The notes beneath the pieces are model-generated. The model was not told where the DNA came from. It worked only from the letters and a program-made list of their open reading frames with translations, and did no database searches. From an uncultured Planctomycetaceae bacterium (GTDB lineage: Bacteria > Planctomycetota > Phycisphaerae > SM23-33): DNA of 34,544 bases. Below, in pieces: positions 7,115 through 15,016 of this stretch. Every line of letters starts with the position of its first letter. Within the stretch, counting starts at the first letter, position 1. The translations under genes and the position numbers were made by a program. Location of the stretch: positions 1-34,544 of the forward strand of contig CAZNSB010000001.1 in assembly GCA_964575155.1 (NCBI GenBank), given 5' to 3'.

Positions 7115-10100
7115 ATGATGCCAACTGCAGAGGCGGTCGAAGAGATACAGTCGTTCCTTTACGGCGAGGCCCAGTTGGACGGCAGCCGGCTGCTCTCGCT
7201 GGCGCGCGCCTACGCCGAGGCCTGCACCCGGGTCAACAAGAAGGCCCTCCAGTGCCGAGACCTGCTCCACAAGGGGCTGCGGAACGAGGCCATCTGCGTC
7301 GCCAAGGAGGAGTACGACCTCAAGGAGGAATTCCAACTGGTCAGCTTCGACGAGAACGACGCCTGGTTCAGCGTCTGCGAGAAGGAGGGCCTCCCGATCC
7401 CCGACCTGATCGACTCGGACCTGGTCACCACCGTGGTCGAGGAGATCTACACGGGGCAGGGGAACATCGACCGGCTGCTTCGGGTGTACCGGCTGATGTC
7501 GCTGGCCCGGGCGCCGGTGGTGGACCTGATTCGGGTGCTTCGGCTGATCGCCAAGGAGGACCCTCGGCAGAGGTTCTGGCGGCAGGACGTGCGGACGTTC
7601 GAGAAGGCTCGGCTGGACGAGCTGCACGGCCTGGCCGACGAGGCCGCCGAAAAAGGCGATCGGTCGGCCCTGGAGGACATCGTGGCGGAGCTGACCGGCA
7701 AGGAGTGGCTGGAGCGACCGCCGGAGAGGCTCATCAGGTCGGCCCAGAAGAGCCTGCTCCCGCACCGCCGGGAGGCGGCCCAGGCGCGCTTCGGGCAGCT
7801 TCTCGAGGAGATTCGCCAGGCCCACAGCGCCCTGGACGAGCCCGCCTGCCGAGAGGCCGTCGCCACATGGCACGCCACCATCGACCAAACCCGCATCCAG
7901 CCCGACGCCGCAGACGCCGACCAGGTCGCCCAGGTCGAGGAATGGCTCCGGTCCCTGGAAGCCGCCAGGCAGGCCGAGGCCGAGTTCCAGCAGGCCTGCG
8001 ACACCCTCGATGCCGCCCTCAACGACCGAAAAGACCGCGCCGTCGTCGAGAAGGAGCTCGCCCAGGTCCGCCGGTTCGGGCAGGGGATGCCCTCCTGGCT
8101 GAAGGACAGGGCGGAGGGCTACCTGGCCGAGCTGCGGCGGCGCGCCAGGGTGAAGGGCACGTTCATCCTCGTCGGCACCGTCGCGGGGGTCCTGCTGGCG
8201 GGGGGGGCGGTGTGGCTGGCCGTCCTGCGCCACCGGGCCGGCGAAGAGCAAAGGAGCTGGGTGAACCAGATCACCGCCTGCCTGAACAAGAAGGACCTCG
8301 CCGGCGCCGAGAAGCTGCTGAAGGACCTGGAGAGGAAGGACCCGGGCTTCCATGGCTCGGCGGAGATCGGCGCCCTGCGGGTCCGGCTGGCCGGGGAGGT
8401 GGAACAGGTGGAGTTGGCGGCGAAGCGCGAGAGGGAGCGCAAGGAGCATTTCGCCAAGGCCATGGCCCTGGCCAGGTCGGCCGGGGTGACCCACCCGGAT
8501 CGCCAGGCCCTGGCCACCGCCAAGGGGCTGGCCAGGACGCCGGAAGAGAAGGGCCAGGTCACCGACCTCGAGCAGCGCATCGCGGAGGCACGCCGCGTCA
8601 GCACCGAGGAAAGGAAGGCGCAGATTGCCGCCACCGTGGCGAAGGCGCAGGTCGGGATCGGAGCACTCACCAGCGCCCTCGACCCCGTCAGGGAGCCCGA
8701 CCTCGAAAGCGTCGAGAAGCTCGCCAAACGATGCACCAGCTTCCTGGACCTTCTGGACGGGCTCCCAAAGAAAAACCCCCTCTCCGGGTCGATCTCCCGC
8801 CAGCGCGTGGCCAAGGCCCAGGAGGTCATCGACGAGGCCGTGAAGAAGGCCAAGGCCCCGAACCCGGCGCGTTTCGAGAACCTCGAAGCCCCCGCCGGGG
8901 CGTGCGCCGAGCTGTGCCGGCTGCTGGCGGCAAGCAAGGAACTCTCGAAAGAGCAGCAGGCCCTCCTGGCCGGTGCCGCCGACGCCGCCGACAAGGCCTT
9001 GAAGGCCGCCAAGGCCAGGTTCGAAACGGACCGGAAAATGGCCGCCGACTGGAAGGGGATTTCGAGGCTGTACGCCCGGCCGGAGGAGCTGGGCACTGCG
9101 CTCGTCGCGTTCGCCAGCACCTACCCGAATCACGCGTTTGCCAAGGACCTGGCGGCGGCCGCCACCATGACGACACAGTGCCGGTCGATGGGAGTATGGG
9201 AAGGCCTGGTCAAGCCGTGGCGCGCGGCCCCGCCCGTTTCCGACGCCCAGGAGGCCGAACGACGGCACACCGCCCTCGACCAGTTCCGCAAGGATCACGG
9301 CTCCGGGCCGTGGGAGGACGCCGCCAAGAGATACGCCGAGTACCTCCGGGCCGCGGTCGACACCTTGCCGAAGGACCGCCTCCCCGCCCAGCTTGCCGAC
9401 ATCCAACAGTTCCTGAACGACGACCTGATCGCCGCCTCGTCCATGTTCGTCACCAGGACGGGCAGTCGGTACTACTTGCTGAAAAACGCCGCCAAGGAGA
9501 TCAAGCTCAACGCCAGGGTGGTCGGGTGGAGGATCGATTACGTGGTCGACAGCCGATTGACCACGAAGCCGGAATCGCTGAGAATGGATGCCCTGGCCCT
9601 AATTTGCGCGCAGGGGCCGATCCCGGCGCCCCAGAATGCGCTTTCCAAGAGCATCCGGCAGGAGATCGGGCGGTTCGACGGGCCGGGATGGGAAACCCTC
9701 TGCCTGCGACTTGCCGACCTGGCACTACAGGACACGACCGTGGACCCGATCCTGCGGGCCGGCATCCTCAAGAGCCTGCTCGAAAGCGCCGCCCAGTTCA
9801 CGCCCCACCAAGCCGAGCCGATCAAGAAGACTGCGGACCGGTTTGAGAACCTCCCGCTGGAGGTGTACTGGATGGACCCGAAGGACGAGGACGCGAACAA
9901 GGCCCGCGGTCAGGTGGCCCGCTCGCTGGAGGAGATCGACCGAAAGACGCTCACCAGGATGATCCAGGACGTCCACGGCGGGCTCGACGGGCTCTTTCCC
10001 GCCCCCAGCCGGTGCGCCGGGATCATCTTCCCCCGCCGCGGGGAAGTGGTCCTCCACAAGGACCTCCGGGACGCCGACCTCTACGTCATCTCGGGCGAGA

Positions 10101-10243
10101 GCGGCAAGACGCCCGCCATGGTGAAAGTCGGCTTCGTGGCAGGAGGCAAGTTCGCGTCAGCCGGCCCGGCCGGCGGATACCCCGTCGGAAGCTGCCTCTT
10201 CGCCAGGGCCAGACACCCCGCTGGCTCAAGAAAAAGCCCTTAG
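7115..10243 (+). CDS. Large orphan bitopic membrane protein (1042 aa) with an alpha-helical cytoplasmic N-domain, one TM helix and a C-terminal region of about 670 aa predicted to be extracytoplasmic
   Basis: ATG-ATG at 7115/7118 follows GGAGG (7102-7106, 8-nt spacer); the track ORF begins at GTG 7088. The TM helix is GTFILVGTVAGVLLAGGAVWLAVL (about nt 8159-8230), preceded by RRRARVK. GC3 is consistently high. Stop TAG at 10241-10243. I recognise no family. Confidence 0.8.
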   Translation: MMPTAEAVEEIQSFLYGEAQLDGSRLLSLARAYAEACTRVNKKALQCRDLLHKGLRNEAICVAKEEYDLKEEFQLVSFDENDAWFSVCEKEGLPIPDLIDSDLVTTVVEEIYTGQGNIDRLLRVYRLMSLARAPVVDLIRVLRLIAKEDPRQRFWRQDVRTFEKARLDELHGLADEAAEKGDRSALEDIVAELTGKEWLERPPERLIRSAQKSLLPHRREAAQARFGQLLEEIRQAHSALDEPACREAVATWHATIDQTRIQPDAADADQVAQVEEWLRSLEAARQAEAEFQQACDTLDAALNDRKDRAVVEKELAQVRRFGQGMPSWLKDRAEGYLAELRRRARVKGTFILVGTVAGVLLAGGAVWLAVLRHRAGEEQRSWVNQITACLNKKDLAGAEKLLKDLERKDPGFHGSAEIGALRVRLAGEVEQVELAAKRERERKEHFAKAMALARSAGVTHPDRQALATAKGLARTPEEKGQVTDLEQRIAEARRVSTEERKAQIAATVAKAQVGIGALTSALDPVREPDLESVEKLAKRCTSFLDLLDGLPKKNPLSGSISRQRVAKAQEVIDEAVKKAKAPNPARFENLEAPAGACAELCRLLAASKELSKEQQALLAGAADAADKALKAAKARFETDRKMAADWKGISRLYARPEELGTALVAFASTYPNHAFAKDLAAAATMTTQCRSMGVWEGLVKPWRAAPPVSDAQEAERRHTALDQFRKDHGSGPWEDAAKRYAEYLRAAVDTLPKDRLPAQLADIQQFLNDDLIAASSMFVTRTGSRYYLLKNAAKEIKLNARVVGWRIDYVVDSRLTTKPESLRMDALALICAQGPIPAPQNALSKSIRQEIGRFDGPGWETLCLRLADLALQDTTVDPILRAGILKSLLESAAQFTPHQAEPIKKTADRFENLPLEVYWMDPKDEDANKARGQVARSLEEIDRKTLTRMIQDVHGGLDGLFPAPSRCAGIIFPRRGEVVLHKDLRDADLYVISGESGKTPAMVKVGFVAGGKFASAGPAGGYPVGSCLFARARHPAGSRKSP

Positions 10244-10252
10244 GGCTTCTTT
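10231..10252. terminator. Compact bidirectional hairpin lying on the overlapping convergent stop codons
   Basis: aaaaAAGCCCttaGGGCTTcttt forms a 6-bp stem (10234-10239 / 10243-10248) with loop tta, an A-run upstream and a T-rich stretch downstream. The plus-strand stop TAG (10241-10243) and the minus-strand stop TAA (10240-10242) share the loop. Confidence 0.4.
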
Positions 10253-11022
10253 CCGGACAGGAGCGTCCTCTTTGCCGCCTCGGCGGCGACGCTCGGACGC
10301 AAGGCGCCCGGAGAATACAGGTCGATCCCGCCGGCGCGGAGGTGCCCCGCCAGAGAGATGACCTTCCTGATCGCCTCGGTGCTTCGAGCCGACCCCTTCT
10401 GCGGTGCCTTCTCGGCGCCGGTGCGAGCGCAGAGCGTGCAGGAGATGACGCCGGCGCCCTGGCAGCGCGGGCAGACCACGGCGCCGGAGCCGCCGCAGTC
10501 GTTGCAGGTCGTCCCCTTGAGGGTGCCGACCCCGCGGCAGGTCGAGCACTTGGCGTGGCCCATCCCCCTGCACCTGGGGCAGTCCTCCCGGCCCGTGCCG
10601 AAGCAGCGCGGGCACCGCGCGGGAGGACGCCGGCCGACGCCGCCACGCGCGGAGAACATCTTCTCCAGCGGCGTCAGCAGGACCGAGTTGGCCAGTTCGA
10701 GCACGTAGGCCGATGCCGACGCCCTCTTCAGCTCGCGGGCCGCCAGGGCCCCGTCGCCCTGGAGGTGGGCCCGGAGCCCCTGCCGGAGGCTCTCCAGCGA
10801 CTCCAGCCGGTACCTGCGCTGATCCTTGCGGAGCCTGAGGAGCCTCCGGACGGCGGGGAGGTCCTTGGGGTTGGCCAGGACGGTCTTGCACAGCGATGCA
10901 ATCCGGCGGTCGACCTCGGCCGGCCTGAGGAGCTGCGAGAGGCCCCTCGGCGCCCGCCACAGCAGGGCGCCCACCAGGGCGCACAAGGCGCATGCCCGCG
11001 CGACGGCGGCGAACCGTTTCAT
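10240..11022 (-). CDS. Signal-anchored protein with six DnaJ-type CxxCxGxG zinc-finger repeats
   Basis: ATG at 11022 follows GGGGAAAGGG. The protein is 260 aa. The N-terminal hydrophobic segment is MKRFAAVARACALCALVGALLW. The repeats are CPRCFGTG, CPRCRGMG, CSTCRGVG, CNDCGGSG, CPRCQGAG and CTLCARTG (aa 137-202, nt 10417-10614). Confidence 0.85.
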   Translation of the reverse strand: MKRFAAVARACALCALVGALLWRAPRGLSQLLRPAEVDRRIASLCKTVLANPKDLPAVRRLLRLRKDQRRYRLESLESLRQGLRAHLQGDGALAARELKRASASAYVLELANSVLLTPLEKMFSARGGVGRRPPARCPRCFGTGREDCPRCRGMGHAKCSTCRGVGTLKGTTCNDCGGSGAVVCPRCQGAGVISCTLCARTGAEKAPQKGSARSTEAIRKVISLAGHLRAGGIDLYSPGALRPSVAAEAAKRTLLSGKKP

Positions 11023-11059
11023 CTTGCACCCTTTCCCCGGCCGGACCCGCCGCGGCGGG

Positions 11060-13609
11060 CTAGCTCCCGCACCGCACCAGCAGGTCCAGCAGGACCAGGT
11101 TGTAGTAGCAGCTCTCTCTCAGCTCCCGGACCACGTCCTTGACGTTGGCCAGGGCCTGGCGCCGGTCGCTGCGGGCCTTGGCCAGCGGCCCCTGGAGCTC
11201 TCCCTTGGCGTCGCAGGCCCGCACCAGCAGCTCCAGCAGCCCGCCCGTGGCGTCGAGACTGACCGCCGCCTGCTGCAGCGCGCCGTCGCTGGCCGCCAGC
11301 CGCGCCCCCGTGGTCGTCTCGATCGTCTCGGCCGGCGCGGAGAAGCTCTTCGCCTTGGGGTGCTCGCGGAGCAGCCTGAGCACCTGCCCGCGAAACGCCT
11401 CCAGGGCGCCGACGAGGTCGCCGCCCAGGTCCGGCGCCACGACGGTGGTGGGGCTGGCCAAGTCTGCGTCCGGCGGGGGGGCGGGCAGGCCCCACCGGTA
11501 GCTCTTCAGGCCGGCCGCGGCCGCCGAGGCGTAGTGCGCGGTGACGGCCAGCAGCTTGATGGAATCGGCGTCGGGCTCCCAGGCCGGCGGCTTGGGGGCG
11601 CCGACCGCCGGGGCCGGCGCCGCTGCTTGCCCGGCCCCCCAACGCGTCGCTTGGATGATCCGCGCCCAATCTGCCGCGCAGGACTTGCGCTGTGCGGCGT
11701 TGTTGACCATCGGCAAGACCACCCCGCGATATCCGCGGTACGTCCCCCCGGTGCCCTCGATGAGCGTCTGGGCGATCTGGTATGCCAGCTCGGCGCTGGG
11801 CGTGTGGTCGACAAGCTTGATCAGCTCCCGGGGGATGGTGGCGTCGCTCATGGACTTGAGGGCGCGGAGGACGCGGCTGGCGATCCTCATGTCGGCCCTG
11901 CGTGCTTTCGATTGACGTTGGAGCGCCTGTAGCAGGACCGCGGCGGCCTGGGTCGTGTCGAGCTTCCGCAGATCCTCGATGGCCTGGTAGCGGACGGCGA
12001 TGTTCGGAGAGATCAGGTCCACCTGGAGCTTCCTGGCGGGGTTCGCCGCCGGCTTCCCGGGCGCCGGCGCCGGCGGGGGCGGCCCCGAGGCCGCCGGGAC
12101 AGTCACTCCCCTCGTCAGGGCGCTGCGGCGATCGCTCGCCGAGGCCGCCGACCGCAGCTCGTCCTCCGACAACCAGCCCGAGGCGCCGGTCCACCGCGCC
12201 GCCTGGTTGCAGCAGGCCTTCATCGTCATGGCCACGTCCGTGAGGACCTCGTCGCGCGTCCTGGACCGCTCGTACGCCCGCCGGAACTCGGCCAGGAAGC
12301 CCCCGCCGGGCGATGGCGGCGCCGTCGGCGACAGCTCGCCGATGTCCGCCGCCGGCACCGGCTCCAGGCCGGGGCGGCTCGGGGGCTGTGGCACGAGCGG
12401 CGTCGGCGCCGGCGGGGGCGCCGCCGGGGGCGAATCGGTCGGAGGCTCGATCGGGAGCAACTGGCGGGGCGCCGGTTGCGCCGCCGGCGGGCGGGGGGAG
12501 GGCCGATCCGGCCTCTCCCAGTCGCCGGTGAGCGCCTCCGAGACCAGCGAGAAGGCGCTGGTCGGCGGGGTCGGGGGCTCCCAGAACCCGCCGAAGGCCA
12601 GCAGGAGCGCCATCAGGACAGCGACGGCGACGGCCGGGATGGCAACGACCTCGACCTGCGGGAAGGACCGGCGGGGCACGCCCCCCCCCGCCGGCGGGAG
12701 CGGCACGGGCGAGGTCGGCGCCGGCGAGGGGGAGCTCAGACACCGCTCCATCACCTGCCGGGCCCCCTCCGCCGCCAGCCCGATCGCCGCCGCCGCCTCC
12801 AGCAGCCTCGCACGGTCCTCGGCCGATGCCCGCCCCTGCGGGTGCATCGCCCGCACCTGCTGGGCGAACATATCCTCGATGGCCGCCCGGTCCCGGTCGT
12901 CGCGCCGCGCCTGTCGGCTCCGGAGGCGCTGGTCGATCCGCTCGGCGGCGAGGTCGGCGGGGATGCCCAGCCTCCTGGCCAGTTCCGTCAGCTTGCGCTC
13001 GTCCGCAGCGGCCAGCACGCCGCCCTCGATCTCCATGTCGATGACGCTGTCGAAGAATTGCAGCGCCTCGTCACTCGGCGGGCCCGCGGGCGCGGCCGGG
13101 GCCGGGATCTGCGCCAGGGCGGCCTCCACCTCCTGCTCGGGCAGGCCCAGCCGGCAGAGGCGTTCGGCCAGTTCCGGTCGCCTGGGGTGGTCCAAGGTGC
13201 CGTCGGGGGCGACCATGGAGGCGATGACCTGTCGGGCGGCCCGGACGAGGCGTTCCCTCTCGGCGCGGAACCTGCCGGGCCTCTTCGGGCGGGCCTCGCC
13301 GGCCACACGCTGCTGATACTCCGCCCGCCTCTGCGGGCTCAGCAGCGTCTCCGCCGCCTCTGCCAACTGCTTCTCGAACAGCATCACCATGGGGATGAAC
13401 TGGGGCCCGGGGATGTTCTGGCGAAGCTGCATCCTGCGCTCCCGCAGGGCCCGGCGGACGGCATCGGGGCTCACCTGGCGGGGGGAAAGCCCCAGCAGCT
13501 CGTACGGGGTGGGCTCCGTCTCCTTCTCGGGTATCCCCAGCAGTCTGTACAAGGCCTTGGCGTACAGCATGGTCAGGCTTCGTCGGATCGTCCCCGGCCG
13601 ACAGGTCAC
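11060..13609 (-). CDS. HPD-less J-like domain membrane protein with helical repeat modules, one TM helix, a Pro-rich linker and a HEAT-like C-terminal region
   Basis: The start is either GTG 13609 or ATG 13570 (MLYAKALYRLLGIP...), and neither has a clear SD. The J-like region is YELLGLSPRQVSPDAVRRALRERRMQLRQNIPGPQ...LLSPQRRAEYQ, with QNIPGP where the HPD motif would be. The TM helix is VVAIPAVAVAVLMALLLAFGGFW. HEAT-like sequence: ISPNIAVRYQAIEDLRKLDTTQAAAVLLQAL. Stop TAG at 11060-11062, 37 nt before the Zn-finger gene. Confidence 0.8.
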   Translation of the reverse strand: MTCRPGTIRRSLTMLYAKALYRLLGIPEKETEPTPYELLGLSPRQVSPDAVRRALRERRMQLRQNIPGPQFIPMVMLFEKQLAEAAETLLSPQRRAEYQQRVAGEARPKRPGRFRAERERLVRAARQVIASMVAPDGTLDHPRRPELAERLCRLGLPEQEVEAALAQIPAPAAPAGPPSDEALQFFDSVIDMEIEGGVLAAADERKLTELARRLGIPADLAAERIDQRLRSRQARRDDRDRAAIEDMFAQQVRAMHPQGRASAEDRARLLEAAAAIGLAAEGARQVMERCLSSPSPAPTSPVPLPPAGGGVPRRSFPQVEVVAIPAVAVAVLMALLLAFGGFWEPPTPPTSAFSLVSEALTGDWERPDRPSPRPPAAQPAPRQLLPIEPPTDSPPAAPPPAPTPLVPQPPSRPGLEPVPAADIGELSPTAPPSPGGGFLAEFRRAYERSRTRDEVLTDVAMTMKACCNQAARWTGASGWLSEDELRSAASASDRRSALTRGVTVPAASGPPPPAPAPGKPAANPARKLQVDLISPNIAVRYQAIEDLRKLDTTQAAAVLLQALQRQSKARRADMRIASRVLRALKSMSDATIPRELIKLVDHTPSAELAYQIAQTLIEGTGGTYRGYRGVVLPMVNNAAQRKSCAADWARIIQATRWGAGQAAAPAPAVGAPKPPAWEPDADSIKLLAVTAHYASAAAAGLKSYRWGLPAPPPDADLASPTTVVAPDLGGDLVGALEAFRGQVLRLLREHPKAKSFSAPAETIETTTGARLAASDGALQQAAVSLDATGGLLELLVRACDAKGELQGPLAKARSDRRQALANVKDVVRELRESCYYNLVLLDLLVRCGS

Positions 13610-13712
13610 CCCGGCGGCTGCCCGGCCGCAGACCAGATCGCGTCCCGTTCAAGATGGTACCGGGCGACGACGCGGACGACAAGGACAATACCCCCCGCCG
13701 GGGAGAGCCCTC

Positions 13713-13740
13713 TTGTTACCGACGGGAAGTCCGCTAAGAT
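13713..13740 (+). promoter_or_regulatory. Candidate sigma70-like promoter for the Zn-ribbon/vWA/exbBD operon
   Basis: TTGTTA (13713-13718), a 16-nt spacer, then TAAGAT (13735-13740). This is only 13 nt before ATG 13754, which implies a near-leaderless mRNA, and no SD is visible. Confidence 0.3.
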
Positions 13741-13753
13741 ACCGGGCGCGACG

Positions 13754-14926
13754 ATGATCGCATTCGAATGCGAGAATTGCGGAAAGCCGTTGAGGGTCGC
13801 GACCCGGCTGGCGGGGAAACTGGCCAAGTGCCCGGGGTGCGGGCACGCCGTCCGGGTGCCCATCTCGACGATGCCCCCCGAGGAGGAGCCCGCCGGCGCC
13901 GCCCCGGCGGAGCCGCCCCAGGCCGGGGACGTCGCTCCCGCGGCGCCGGAGTTTGGGGACAGGCAGGCTCCGTGCGGCGAGGGCGAGCCGCCGGCCCCGG
14001 CGCCGGGGACGGACCAGCCGCCCGTCCCGGCGGCGCCCCCGCCGCAGGCGGGGGGCCCACTGGACCTCCGCGCCGGCGCGGCGCCCGCCGAGGACACGAC
14101 GGCGGACGTCCTCGCCGGCGCCCTGATGCTGGCGACCTTCCTGATCCCCTGGGTGGTGCTGCCCAACGGGGTCTTCATGTCCTGGGACGTCGCCAGGGAG
14201 GCCGGCGCCGCCTTCAACATGTTTCTCGTCGGCGCGTGGGTGATCGGCATTGCCGTCCTCCTCGTCAACCTCTCCGTCCGAGGCATCCAGCGATGGAGGT
14301 GGAACGCGGGGCTGGGGGCGCTGGGCATGGTCCTGACCCTGATCATGCTGGGGCAGTTCTCGCACGCCGACTGGAGCACCAGCCCGCTGCCGAACTCCAG
14401 GACCGTGGCCATCGTCTGCGTGCTGCTCCTGGTGGCCCTGATCGTGGTGGAGAACCTGCAACTGCGGTTCCAGGCCAATCAGTCGCTGGCGACGGCCGGG
14501 CGGGTGGTGGGCGCGCTGGTGATCGCGGCCTTCGCCGCCGGTCTGGTCAAGGGGGTCGCCAATTACAGCGACCAGCCGGTGGACCTGCGGGAGAGGTCCG
14601 CCCTGGACCTGGTGTTCCTGTCGTTCTGGCGGCTGGCGATGATCGCGGCGGGCGTGGCGGCGACGCGCCCGCCCACCGCCGCGGTGTCCCGGTTGGTCCT
14701 GACGGGTCTGTACGTGTCGCTGGGCGTGCTGGGGGCCTACCTGATCGTCCGCCCCCCCTTCCTGTTCGAGATCGGCGGGATCGCGCTGACGTTCCTGAAC
14801 CTCATCATGATCGTCGGGGGGCTGATCCTCCTCGCCTGCCGGGGGTTCATCGAGGCCATCAGCGAGCGCATCCGAGCTTCGCGCCCGCCCCCCGCCGCGG
14901 CCGCACCCGGGGCAAAAACCGCTTGA
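13754..14926 (+). CDS. N-terminal zinc-ribbon protein fused to a polytopic (about 8 TM) membrane domain
   Basis: ATG 13754; 390 aa. The ribbon is MIAFECENCGKPLRVATRLAGKLAKCPGCGHAVRVP. A Pro/Ala-rich linker is followed by about 8 hydrophobic helices. Stop TGA at 14924-14926. Confidence 0.8.
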   Translation: MIAFECENCGKPLRVATRLAGKLAKCPGCGHAVRVPISTMPPEEEPAGAAPAEPPQAGDVAPAAPEFGDRQAPCGEGEPPAPAPGTDQPPVPAAPPPQAGGPLDLRAGAAPAEDTTADVLAGALMLATFLIPWVVLPNGVFMSWDVAREAGAAFNMFLVGAWVIGIAVLLVNLSVRGIQRWRWNAGLGALGMVLTLIMLGQFSHADWSTSPLPNSRTVAIVCVLLLVALIVVENLQLRFQANQSLATAGRVVGALVIAAFAAGLVKGVANYSDQPVDLRERSALDLVFLSFWRLAMIAAGVAATRPPTAAVSRLVLTGLYVSLGVLGAYLIVRPPFLFEIGGIALTFLNLIMIVGGLILLACRGFIEAISERIRASRPPPAAAAPGAKTA

Positions 14927-15016
14927 CGTCCCTGCGCGTCGGCGGTCCAATGCGCCCGGGCGTTCAGGGCTCGCCCCCGGACCGCTGGCGCCGTCCAAGG
15001 GCGGAAAGAGGGTAAG

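Noticed and set aside
6970-7120. The idea that genes B and C (same reading frame) were one gene split by the inserted element.
   Set aside because: Precise excision of the element plus one TA regenerates AAC TAG CCG, so B's stop codon predates the insertion. C also has its own GGAGG-ATG. Sharing a frame is a 1-in-3 coincidence.
4103-9406. Very long antisense ORFs: 1767 aa at 4103-9406(-), 1164 aa at 17891-21385(-), 1240 aa at 24355-28077(+), 896 aa at 13649-16339(-), 577 aa at 32805-34538(-), 574 aa at 11019-12743(-) and 512 aa at 2352-3890(-).
   Set aside because: Their translations are R/G/P/A-rich with no motifs, and they lie opposite genes with clear family signatures and SD-linked starts. 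Stop-poor antisense frames are expected in very GC-rich DNA.
5905-12689. Homopolymer runs inside CDSs: G8 at 5905-5912 (gene B), G8 at 8200-8207 (gene C) and C9 at 12681-12689 (gene E), considered as phase-variation switches.
   Set aside because: All are in-frame Gly/Pro codon runs in intact ORFs, and such runs are common at this GC content. There is no evidence of on/off switching. They are mainly worth remembering as sequencing-error hotspots.
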